Positions 9,031 through 16,890 of a stretch of DNA of 64,000 bases are shown piece by piece (the first letter of the stretch is position 1; every line of letters begins with the position of its first letter). Source of the stretch: a virus. The notes under the pieces were generated by a model. The model searched no databases. It was not told the origin of the DNA and saw only the letters and a program-made list of their open reading frames with translations. The stretch covers positions 1 through 64,000 of the IMG/VR virus record IMGVR_UViG_3300046500_000236; one strand, 5' to 3'. Position numbers and translations under genes: made by a program.

Positions 9031-9136
9031 TCAGCAGCAGCGGGAGGTACAAAGCAGTCATTTCCGCAAATCACCGAACCTGCCTCCCACTGCATAAAAC
9101 AGCGTTCTGTCGCCAGAGCGCTCTTTTATGCGTTGG

Positions 9137-9901
9137 TCACACCTCAAACAGCATTCGCTGAATGTTCTGCTTGATCACTTGCGGCTCTACTTCGGGTTTC
9201 TCGACTTCATTGAGGGCCATGCGCTCGCGCTCTACCCGCTTGATGTGTCCCTTCATGCTGTCACGCAATTCAGTGACCAAACGGATGACCTTTGCGCCAT
9301 TTCGAACGTCCTGAAACTCAGGCTGACGGGCCACCACTTCCACGGCCTGTGCCAGCTCCTGGACCTTTTCGGCCACCTTGCCCAGCAAGACGCGATCGAC
9401 GCTGTAGCCTTCGAGCATGATCCCGCTGCGCTTGGACATGGCATTCACCATGTCGTGGAACTGGCTGCTCATCGCTTCGGCCATCACACCCACCAGCAAC
9501 GCCTGGTTGCCCTCCTCGGGCGACGACAGCGTGATGTCGTCATGCATGCCGAGCAGGTAATCGGTGGTGGTGCCGTAAAAACGCGCCAGTACGGTGAGGT
9601 TGTGCAGGCTTGGTGCGCGGTGGCCATTCTCGAACTGGCTGATCTGGGAGACGCCTTTATGCGACATGGCGATGCCGGCAGCGCTTTCCGAGTAGTGAGC
9701 GAGTTTGCGAGCACGGCGCAGACGTGGGCCTGTGATCGCCATCAATTCGGCTTCGAGCTTGCGAGCCCGTGCGTCGGGGCTCAAACCCTCACCCAAATCG
9801 ACGCTTTCATCAAAAAGGGATGCCACAGGGGCTGAATCGCCCTTGGCTTCCACTTTTCGGCCCTTGTTGGGCTCAGAAATACTATCCGCGTACATAGACA
9901 C
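9137..9901 (-). CDS. XRE/CI-type repressor candidate without autocleavage domain
   Basis: 254 aa. Central HTH 'SHKGVSQISQFENGHRAPSLHNLTVLARFYGTTTDYLLG'. No S24 'GDSM...K' domain. Monocistronic, with motif A copies at and upstream of its start and a terminator downstream. ATG at 9895 is an alternative start. Confidence 0.75.
   Translation of the reverse strand: MSMYADSISEPNKGRKVEAKGDSAPVASLFDESVDLGEGLSPDARARKLEAELMAITGPRLRRARKLAHYSESAAGIAMSHKGVSQISQFENGHRAPSLHNLTVLARFYGTTTDYLLGMHDDITLSSPEEGNQALLVGVMAEAMSSQFHDMVNAMSKRSGIMLEGYSVDRVLLGKVAEKVQELAQAVEVVARQPEFQDVRNGAKVIRLVTELRDSMKGHIKRVERERMALNEVEKPEVEPQVIKQNIQRMLFEV
9883..9894 (-). promoter_or_regulatory. 12-bp motif A copy overlapping the repressor start codon
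   Basis: The minus strand reads aTGTACGCGGATAg, and its ATG is the 9895 start. Confidence 0.6.
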
Positions 9902-9944
9902 CCGTTTTTACCCGTCCGTTGGTGCGATCGGGCGGATTTAAATC

Positions 9945-9956
9945 TATCCGCGTACA
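9945..9956 (-). promoter_or_regulatory. 12-bp motif A copy upstream of the repressor gene
   Basis: Exact copy 62 bp upstream of the previous one. Confidence 0.6.
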
Positions 9957-9960
9957 TTAA

Positions 9961-10362
9961 TCAAGCGATTGGCGAATTAAGTTCGCTACCCTCTGTGAGC
10001 GGGTGGCCAACTTCCTGCGCCCCTTGATTTTGCTGGGTATACAGCTGGATGACCCTGTCTCGAACCGCTACCGCCCGATCGGGATTTCGCCACGTTTCCT
10101 GCACCAGGCGTGCACGCCGCTCAGCATGATGCTGAATTGATATCAAATACTGTGCGTCGTACTCGATTCGGCTTGCCAGTCCCACACTACAGTGCCGTTT
10201 TGTGGGGGCATAACAGCGCTTACAAGCGGCAATGTGGTTGATGTATGCCGTGTGGGCCTGTTCTACCGGGCAAAAGTGTGGGACGGCCTCATTCGCGGAC
10301 AAGCTCAATCTCCCAGCCGCCGCCGTCTTTCTTCTTGACGGGGAACACGACGCGGAACACAA
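9961..10362 (-). CDS. hypothetical Cys-rich protein
   Basis: 133-aa ORF. Its start is uncertain because it overlaps the upstream gene by 74 nt. Confidence 0.45.
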   Translation of the reverse strand: MCSASCSPSRRKTAAAGRLSLSANEAVPHFCPVEQAHTAYINHIAACKRCYAPTKRHCSVGLASRIEYDAQYLISIQHHAERRARLVQETWRNPDRAVAVRDRVIQLYTQQNQGAQEVGHPLTEGSELNSPIA

Positions 10363-10819
10363 ACGGATAGTCCCTGGCCGCCATCTTCATTTTGACCTTG
10401 GCGTCATCCATGTAGATGGCCTTGGAGCCCTTCACGTCGTGCATTTCGAGCGTGCCATCCGCCACCATCACCATGAAATCGGGGGTCAGAGTGGTGTCCG
10501 GCGCCAGCAGCAGCTTCACGGGCTCGAAGCGCCACCACAGCACCTCGCCAGCCAGGCGCAGCTGGTCCAAGTGCGCGGCATAACGGGTCTCGGTGGCATT
10601 CATGGTGCCTTTGGCCAGGCGCCCCTTGGCCTGCATCATCTGCATGCCGGTGGGTTTGTCCTTGGTGGCGATCGCAGACGGCGCCACAGCGGGTGGCGTG
10701 GTGCTGTGGGGCGCCTTGGCGGGCGATCGAGGCTTACGGGCCGATTGCCCCAGCTCACGTACCTTGTATCCGGCTGGAAGCGCCCGTAGCGCCTCCTCAG
10801 TCATGCGTAGGCCGCTCAT
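10289..10819 (-). CDS. DUF1064-like PD-(D/E)xK protein
   Basis: 176 aa. 'TETRYAAHLDQLRLAGEV...LTPDFMVMVADGTLEMHDVKG' matches the DUF1064 pattern (Y-x-DF ... E/D-x-K-G). Confidence 0.55.
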   Translation of the reverse strand: MSGLRMTEEALRALPAGYKVRELGQSARKPRSPAKAPHSTTPPAVAPSAIATKDKPTGMQMMQAKGRLAKGTMNATETRYAAHLDQLRLAGEVLWWRFEPVKLLLAPDTTLTPDFMVMVADGTLEMHDVKGSKAIYMDDAKVKMKMAARDYPFVFRVVFPVKKKDGGGWEIELVRE

Positions 10820-11088
10820 TTAAGCCACCCACGCTTTCTCAACCATTTGCGCAGTTCCAGCAGCAACACAAGCGGCCAAAGGAATACCACCGGGGTCAGC
10901 ACCAGCGCCACCAGAGCGCTTAGCCAGCTACGCGGCAGCGCTCCAGAATGCTTGTCACAGACCTTTTCTATCTCATCCCACACATGACCAGGCAGGAACG
11001 CACGGAACGCCAGCAGCGTCATGGTGATCGCGCAGCCGCCCAGGTACACAGCTGTCAACGAATGCAGGACTTGGCTTGCAGTAATCAT
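10816..11088 (-). CDS. small membrane protein
   Basis: 90 aa with two or three hydrophobic helices. ATGA coupling on both sides. Confidence 0.6.
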   Translation of the reverse strand: MITASQVLHSLTAVYLGGCAITMTLLAFRAFLPGHVWDEIEKVCDKHSGALPRSWLSALVALVLTPVVFLWPLVLLLELRKWLRKRGWLK

Positions 11089-12866
11089 TGCAGAAGCTCC
11101 CCCTGGTACGTTGGCACAGGCCTGAATGGTCGTATCGGGGTGGGCGCTGACTCTCCTGGAATTGGCTCGCCCTGCTCCAATAGGAACTGCTTGGCAAGCA
11201 TTCGCAGCTGGTTCTCGCCAACGTCTCGACGCTCGATCAGGTTGTCACCTGGATTACGTACGCCCTCAATCTGTTCGCGTTTAACACCCAGCACGTCAGA
11301 CACGATTGGGTCGCTGCCCTGTTCGGATATCAGGAAGTAGGCTTGCACAGGATCTGGCTGGCCATCGCGGTGCACACGGCCGATGCACTGCTCATGCACG
11401 CCTGGCGACCAATCAATCTCACCAAACACCACAGTGCTGCACACGGACTGTGCACCGTCAAAGCCCGCGCCAGCACGCAGACTCACGATCATGACGCGGC
11501 TTTCCCCGGCAATGAATGCATCCTTGCTGGCTTGCTTTTGGTTTGCCGACTCGGTCCCGGTGTACATGGCAGGATTGAAGTCGGCCAGCTTCTCGCGCCA
11601 GATGTTGTAGACCTCTCGGTGCCAGCCAAACAGCAGCACCTGCTGTCCGCTCTCCAGCAGCAAACGGACAAACTCAGCCACATATGGCGCCTTGGCCACG
11701 CCCGTCGCCTGACGCACCAGCTGGTCGAACTCTCCAGCTGCCTGCATCTTCTGGCCACGGAACGCCTCATTGGCGGAAAGGATGGTTCTGGCCAGCGCCA
11801 TCGCGTCACCGGTGATCTTGCTGAGCACAGATGCATCGGATTCGATTTCGTGGGATATCTTCGACAGGGCCGGCAGCTCACGCCCCACCTCACGCCTTGT
11901 ACGACGTAGCATGATCCCTTCACGACGCAGGTAGGCCCCGAACATCTCGGAATCCTTGAGCTTGGCCTTCTCCCCTGGTACGCCCACACACCATTCACGC
12001 AGGAACTCGTCATAACCGCCCAGGCTGCCAGGCAGCAACGGATTTACGACGTGATAGAACTCGGCGCCGTAGTTGTAGATCGGCGTAGCAGTGAGCCCCA
12101 TGCGCAACCTCGACCGGGCAGCAAGGTACGCGCAGGCAGCGTAAATGGCGCTGTCAGGGTTGCGCAGCTGCTGGCACTCCTCGAATACCGTGTACTGGAC
12201 AATCTCCCCTAGCGTCTCCGCCCACCCACGCAGTTTGTGGTAACTCACCAGGATCACGTCCGGCAACGTCTCCCACAGATCCTTGGTGCGCTGCTTTGGC
12301 TGTTTGATCAGCGGGTAAGGCTGTCCCTTGCGGATATGGTGCACGCGCAGGTTCGGCAGGAACTCTGCGAGCTTTTCCGGCCAGTGATTGGGTAGTGACG
12401 CGGGATACACAACCACCACCGGCAGGTTCGCTGGCACAGTCATGGGGCACATCGCGGTGACGGTCTTGCCCAAGCCCAGGTCATCCGCCAACAGCAACCC
12501 GCCACGGATACCTAGCTGAGCGCCAGCAACACGCTGGTAGGTGCGTGCAGGCTTGGCCAGCTCAAACGGCGGGATGTCCATACGGCCGGCCACCAGTTGC
12601 GCCAGGCTCTGCTCCATGTGTACATGTTCGGCTGAACGCGCCTCAAGGGCCTGACGCACGTCTTCGGCCATGTCCATCGGATAGCGCTGGATGAACCACA
12701 GCAGCTCCCGGCTATTCTCAGGACTGGCCACCAGATCGATGTATTCAGCTGCCTGCTGGGACACCCGAGGGAATACCCGCTTGAGACGCGATCGAACCTG
12801 TGGCTCTGTCCGGATTCGCCAGCCGCGGCCTGTGTACTCGATGCTGCCATAGGTCTGCTGAGTCAT
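11085..12866 (-). CDS. SNF2-family helicase
   Basis: 'LLADDLGLGKT' (motif I), 'VFEECQQL' (motif II) and 'QCIGRVHRDGQ' (motif VI). ATG at 12866 overlaps the upstream stop (ATGA). Confidence 0.85.
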   Translation of the reverse strand: MTQQTYGSIEYTGRGWRIRTEPQVRSRLKRVFPRVSQQAAEYIDLVASPENSRELLWFIQRYPMDMAEDVRQALEARSAEHVHMEQSLAQLVAGRMDIPPFELAKPARTYQRVAGAQLGIRGGLLLADDLGLGKTVTAMCPMTVPANLPVVVVYPASLPNHWPEKLAEFLPNLRVHHIRKGQPYPLIKQPKQRTKDLWETLPDVILVSYHKLRGWAETLGEIVQYTVFEECQQLRNPDSAIYAACAYLAARSRLRMGLTATPIYNYGAEFYHVVNPLLPGSLGGYDEFLREWCVGVPGEKAKLKDSEMFGAYLRREGIMLRRTRREVGRELPALSKISHEIESDASVLSKITGDAMALARTILSANEAFRGQKMQAAGEFDQLVRQATGVAKAPYVAEFVRLLLESGQQVLLFGWHREVYNIWREKLADFNPAMYTGTESANQKQASKDAFIAGESRVMIVSLRAGAGFDGAQSVCSTVVFGEIDWSPGVHEQCIGRVHRDGQPDPVQAYFLISEQGSDPIVSDVLGVKREQIEGVRNPGDNLIERRDVGENQLRMLAKQFLLEQGEPIPGESAPTPIRPFRPVPTYQGELLQ

Positions 12867-13285
12867 AGCGATTGTCTCCCCAGGCGAACCATGGCAAAGC
12901 CTTTGCCCTTCCACTCAGGGCGATCCGCAATCGGAGTGGTAGCCCAACGCTGAGTGCTGGCCAGAATCACGCCTGTGACGCTATCCAGCTTGATGTAACG
13001 ATCGACCTGCCGTAGCGCCTGACTGAGCGCCCCGTCTACCTTCACCTCGATCACTATGCCGCCCTCTATCAGGAAGTCGGCGCGGTTCCTGGCATCCAGG
13101 ACGTATTCACGGGTGTACTGATAGCCGGCATCGTCCAGCACGCGCGCCAGGCTCTCGTGCAACTGGATTTCGCTGCCGTAGCGGTATAGGAAGCTGCCCA
13201 GCAGGCGGGTCAGATGCGCCAGCACCATGGACGATTGAGTAGATGCGCCGGCGTGGGAAGGCATCGGCGAGCTGTTTTCGAGCAT
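12863..13285 (-). CDS. PD-(D/E)xK nuclease-fold protein (VRR-NUC/GxxExxY-like)
   Basis: 140 aa. 'RADFLIEGGIVIEVKVDG' gives a D...ExK signature. The position upstream of the SNF2 gene is typical of phage VRR-NUC partners. Confidence 0.5.
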   Translation of the reverse strand: MLENSSPMPSHAGASTQSSMVLAHLTRLLGSFLYRYGSEIQLHESLARVLDDAGYQYTREYVLDARNRADFLIEGGIVIEVKVDGALSQALRQVDRYIKLDSVTGVILASTQRWATTPIADRPEWKGKGFAMVRLGRQSL

Positions 13286-13390
13286 GACAGTCTCCGGCCC
13301 GCTGAGCGCCAGCGGGCTTGAATGGGGGATGCGGGTATTGTGATTGCCGGTGTCGGCGTCCTACGGGCAGGCTTTGCGCCCACCCTGCAG

Positions 13391-14104
13391 CTATGGGCGC
13401 GTTCTAGGTGGCCACATGCATTGCACGCAATCGGACTGGTTGTGTAGCGGGCAACCGTAGCCATCCTGTAGCGCCTGTTGCAAACGCCCTATCAGCCCTA
13501 CAACGTCCTTCCGCTCCCACACAGCAAAAAGCTGCTCAGCCTCATACATACCGTCTCGGCTCACCGTATTGAAGTGCAGCGGGAAGCTGTCGCCAGTCTC
13601 CTCTGAGCTTTCGAGAATGCCCATTCGTTCACCGCAGCTTGAGCAATCGACTTCATCGGTGGGGCTGACGTAGTAGAAGTCCTTTGTCGGGCTGGATTCA
13701 TCCTTAATCATCAGCTCGTCGAAGTTGCACGACTCATACTTGCAGAACACAGTTCCGGGCGGCATCGCCAGGAAGGTATCGAGATTCACGATACGCATTG
13801 CTTTACTCCCCTTCACCTCGCCAGCTATGGCCTTTTCTATGATCGCCTCAATGGCCTCGCAATAGCCGTAGATGTCCTGTACATCGTTGTGGCCGTTCAC
13901 GCAGTCGCGCACGGTTTCCCTGATGTTGCCGTCCACCTGCGTCTGTATATCAATCAGTGCGGCCTGCAGTGTTTGAGCATTGGCCTTGAGCCGGTCTATC
14001 TCATCGAGTAGCGCCAGCACAGCTTGAGGCGGTACCGGCATTTCGTATTGCAGAGCATCCTCGGCAGCCTGGGCTTCGGCTCTCAGCTCGCTATGGTCAG
14101 TCAT
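13391..14104 (-). CDS. hypothetical protein
   Basis: Start 'MTDHSELRAEAQ' at 14104 overlaps the upstream stop (ATGA). N-terminal coiled coil and Cys-rich C-terminal half. Confidence 0.6.
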   Translation of the reverse strand: MTDHSELRAEAQAAEDALQYEMPVPPQAVLALLDEIDRLKANAQTLQAALIDIQTQVDGNIRETVRDCVNGHNDVQDIYGYCEAIEAIIEKAIAGEVKGSKAMRIVNLDTFLAMPPGTVFCKYESCNFDELMIKDESSPTKDFYYVSPTDEVDCSSCGERMGILESSEETGDSFPLHFNTVSRDGMYEAEQLFAVWERKDVVGLIGRLQQALQDGYGCPLHNQSDCVQCMWPPRTRP

Positions 14105-14604
14105 GGTTTCACGCTCCCGCCAGGTGCTTGCGTACCGCTGCAGTCGCACTTGATGCCAGTCACAGGGTCATGCTCGATCGGCGTGCTGCAGATCGAGCAC
14201 AACGGGACGGCGCTGTGCATATGCGCGCTGACCAGCTTCCTGCGCAGATCCGCCATATGCTTGGTCATCGACAGCACCATCTGCTCCAGGGCTTCCTCGT
14301 AGCTGGGGATCATGCCGTGGCGCAGCGCATACAAGGTTGCATGCACAATGACGTTGTCCTGTGCGCTCTCCTCGATCTTTTGGCGGTTGGACGGCTCCGC
14401 AGGCTTGGCATCCGCAGTGGCGGCGCCCTCCTCAAGCTCGGCCGCCAGCGCCAGCCGACTCATGCGGTCCCCCAGCTGATGCACCAGGTCGGCATAGTCG
14501 TCTACCCCCACGGAAGGAATAGGCACGAACTCCAAACCGCTCTTGACGAGCATCTGCGCCATTTCCAGCGATCGGCGCAGCGCAACAGGGTGAGCACGGT
14601 TCAT
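14101..14604 (-). CDS. hypothetical protein (possibly DUF1382-like N-terminus)
   Basis: 167 aa. 'ALRRSLEMAQMLVKSGLEFVPIP' is recalled from lambdoid DUF1382 proteins, but the memory is weak. Confidence 0.55.
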   Translation of the reverse strand: MNRAHPVALRRSLEMAQMLVKSGLEFVPIPSVGVDDYADLVHQLGDRMSRLALAAELEEGAATADAKPAEPSNRQKIEESAQDNVIVHATLYALRHGMIPSYEEALEQMVLSMTKHMADLRRKLVSAHMHSAVPLCSICSTPIEHDPVTGIKCDCSGTQAPGGSVKP

Positions 14605-15443
14605 GCCGGCTCTCCCACATCCCGCTGAGTGCGATACGCCAGTGCGGCAGCCACGTCCTCATCGGTGACGATGTACTGCTCGATGTCGTTCACCTCGTAA
14701 AACTTCACATCGCAGTGACGATCCATGTACACCCGCAGCGGCTCCAGCAGAAGGTCAACGTCGGCCAGCTGCTCTTTCGTCAGGTCCGGGAAGTTATCGG
14801 CGTACTCACTGTCGTCACTTGCGCGCTCGAACATGTGTTGCACAACGTCGTCGACATCCGGGACGTAGTGGCTGGCCGTGCTCTTGGAGGTCTTGCCGCG
14901 ATAGATGATCGCGCCAGCAACCAATTCGTTGTCACTGACATACGTAGCCAAGCCATCGTTGCTCCAATGTTCCGAATACAAAGCCGGGCCGTAAGCGTAT
15001 TCAACGCCCTCTGCCCTGGCCATCAGTTCGGCCTGTTTAGCGCTGGCCAGCACCTTGTCGATACCGGCCACTGCCTCAATAGCGGTTTCGTCATTCTCGA
15101 AAGCATGGCGGGCCAGAATGAACGAGCGGGCGTGCATCAGCTCGATTCGAGCGGCAGCCAGTTCGTTGCCGTGGCTGAACATGCTGGTGCGCCATTGGGT
15201 GCGCATGTCTTCGACCAGGTGGGCGTTTTGCTCAGCCAGCGTTTTCCAGTGCTCCACAGGCGGCCAGGGTGAGTCGATGACTTTGGCCTTCACCATGCCG
15301 CCATGTAGCAGGTTTAGTGCATTGGCGTGCTCTTGCGCTGCCTGCTGACTTGTAGCGGCGTACAGCTCATCTGGCCCTTGGGCGTGGACGGCATACAGCT
15401 GCTCAACGGGTGCGCTTTCTGGGGTTGGCTTGTAGGTGGTCAT
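14601..15443 (-). CDS. hypothetical protein
   Basis: 280-aa ORF coupled to its downstream gene. Confidence 0.65.
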   Translation of the reverse strand: MTTYKPTPESAPVEQLYAVHAQGPDELYAATSQQAAQEHANALNLLHGGMVKAKVIDSPWPPVEHWKTLAEQNAHLVEDMRTQWRTSMFSHGNELAAARIELMHARSFILARHAFENDETAIEAVAGIDKVLASAKQAELMARAEGVEYAYGPALYSEHWSNDGLATYVSDNELVAGAIIYRGKTSKSTASHYVPDVDDVVQHMFERASDDSEYADNFPDLTKEQLADVDLLLEPLRVYMDRHCDVKFYEVNDIEQYIVTDEDVAAALAYRTQRDVGEPA

Positions 15444-15511
15444 GCTGCTGTTCCTTGGGGTCTGGCTGAATATGTAATTAGTAATCGTTGCTGATGGGTC
15501 ATGCGGCGGCC

Positions 15512-16285
15512 TTAGGCGCTGGCGATAATGTCGGCTTCGGCCAGTTCGCAGAAAAAGGAGCAGGCGGGGATCTTCTCGTTACGCCGTACTGGGCCCTCGC
15601 CGAGCTCGCGCAGCGAGAAGCGCACGTTAGTTTCGCGGTTACGGTGTAGGTAAGAGCCAGGCCCCAGCACGTCTTGCACTTGGCATAGGTCCTCAAACTG
15701 CTCGGGGAAGTCTTCACGGATGGCCCTGAAATAGCCCTCGCCGCCTTTGGCGCACGCAATGCAGTTGGCGTTGTCGTAGCCCATGCGATACATCAGCGGC
15801 AGCTCGATGCCGGCGCGCTCGATCATGGCTTTGCAGTCGTCTTTGCCCAGGCCGCGTTCGATCAGCGGGGCAATGGCGGGGCGGTCAGGGTTTCGCTCAC
15901 AGAAGTCATCAAAGCGGCTGCGCTCTTCAGCGGTGAAGCCAAATACCATCACATCACCTGGGCGCTTCCACTGATCCAGCACGCGGCGCTTTAGCAGCTT
16001 GGTGCAGCAGGCGCCGAAACGGTTCTTGATATACCGCTCACGTTTAAACACCTGGATGATGTCCGCGCCGTACTTTGTGTCACGAAGCACGGTCACGGCT
16101 TGCCCAAACCACGCTTCGCACTCTGCAGCGAAGCGCCTGTTATCTGGATGCTCGTTCGCAAGATAGGCGTTGACGATGACCACCTCATGCGTGGCAGCGT
16201 ACTGGGCGATGGCCAGCTTAGTGGCTACGGCCGAGGCGGCACCGCAACTGAACTGGCAGACGATGCGAGATTTCTCATTGATCAT
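15512..16285 (-). CDS. PAPS-reductase/PP-loop family protein
   Basis: N-terminal PP-loop-like 'QFSCGAASAV' plus a C-terminal Cys cluster. ATG at 16285 overlaps the upstream stop. Confidence 0.6.
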   Translation of the reverse strand: MINEKSRIVCQFSCGAASAVATKLAIAQYAATHEVVIVNAYLANEHPDNRRFAAECEAWFGQAVTVLRDTKYGADIIQVFKRERYIKNRFGACCTKLLKRRVLDQWKRPGDVMVFGFTAEERSRFDDFCERNPDRPAIAPLIERGLGKDDCKAMIERAGIELPLMYRMGYDNANCIACAKGGEGYFRAIREDFPEQFEDLCQVQDVLGPGSYLHRNRETNVRFSLRELGEGPVRRNEKIPACSFFCELAEADIIASA

Positions 16286-16866
16286 GTGTGAACCTCGCCA
16301 GTGGCGTGGGTTGAAGACTGATGTGGGTTGTTCAGGCGTGCGGCATATTCGGCAGCCCACCTGGCCTTGCTGGCGGCCAGCTGATCGGCGCGAATGCCTT
16401 CCTTGAACCGCATCACGCTGGCTTCACCTCGGGCATGTGCCAGAAGGTGGCGACCGTTCCTTATGCGGGCTGACAGACGCTTGACTTGCATTGTGAGTAC
16501 GGCCAGACGGAGGGTTTCGGCCTCAGTGAGCGCCGGCTGGTCCGTGTAACGGTGGCTCAGGTCAAACAGCTCCGGTGCATACCAGATCGTTTCGCGTGTC
16601 CAGTTTTCATAAGTTGCGCTAACACTGGCGTAGTCCGAGCCCTCTCCCCAGTAATCCGCTTCACCACCCAGGCTTGGCACATGGCTTACAGCGATGCGGC
16701 ACTGGTTGTTGTAGCGGCGCTGCTTGGGAGTCAGCTCGGATCGGTCAAGGCTGAAATGCGTTTCGCGGTACCACTCGTTATCAATCCAGATGGCCTTACC
16801 GAGCTTGGTGCCGGCGAAGATGGCCGCCAGCGCCTTGCTCAGTTTCTTTTCGATACGTGGCTTCAT
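16282..16866 (-). CDS. hypothetical protein
   Basis: 194-aa ORF between the MTase and PAPS-reductase-like genes. Confidence 0.65.
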   Translation of the reverse strand: MKPRIEKKLSKALAAIFAGTKLGKAIWIDNEWYRETHFSLDRSELTPKQRRYNNQCRIAVSHVPSLGGEADYWGEGSDYASVSATYENWTRETIWYAPELFDLSHRYTDQPALTEAETLRLAVLTMQVKRLSARIRNGRHLLAHARGEASVMRFKEGIRADQLAASKARWAAEYAARLNNPHQSSTHATGEVHT

Positions 16867-16890
16867 GCGATCAGTCTCAGATAGATAGCG

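Noticed and set aside
8304-9161. 285-aa plus-strand ORF spanning the terS 5' end and the non-coding gap.
   Set aside because: It overlaps terS on the opposite strand, runs through two terminator hairpins, and has a low-complexity, Cys/Pro/Ser-rich translation. I treat the region as non-coding.
13297-13317. 8-bp-stem hairpin GCCCGCTG/CAGCGGGC between 13391-14104 and the PD-(D/E)xK gene as a terminator.
   Set aside because: There is no U-tract on either strand. It sits 11 nt before the next gene's start, adjacent to its GGAGA RBS. It is more likely an mRNA structure or processing element, and it is not strong enough to call.
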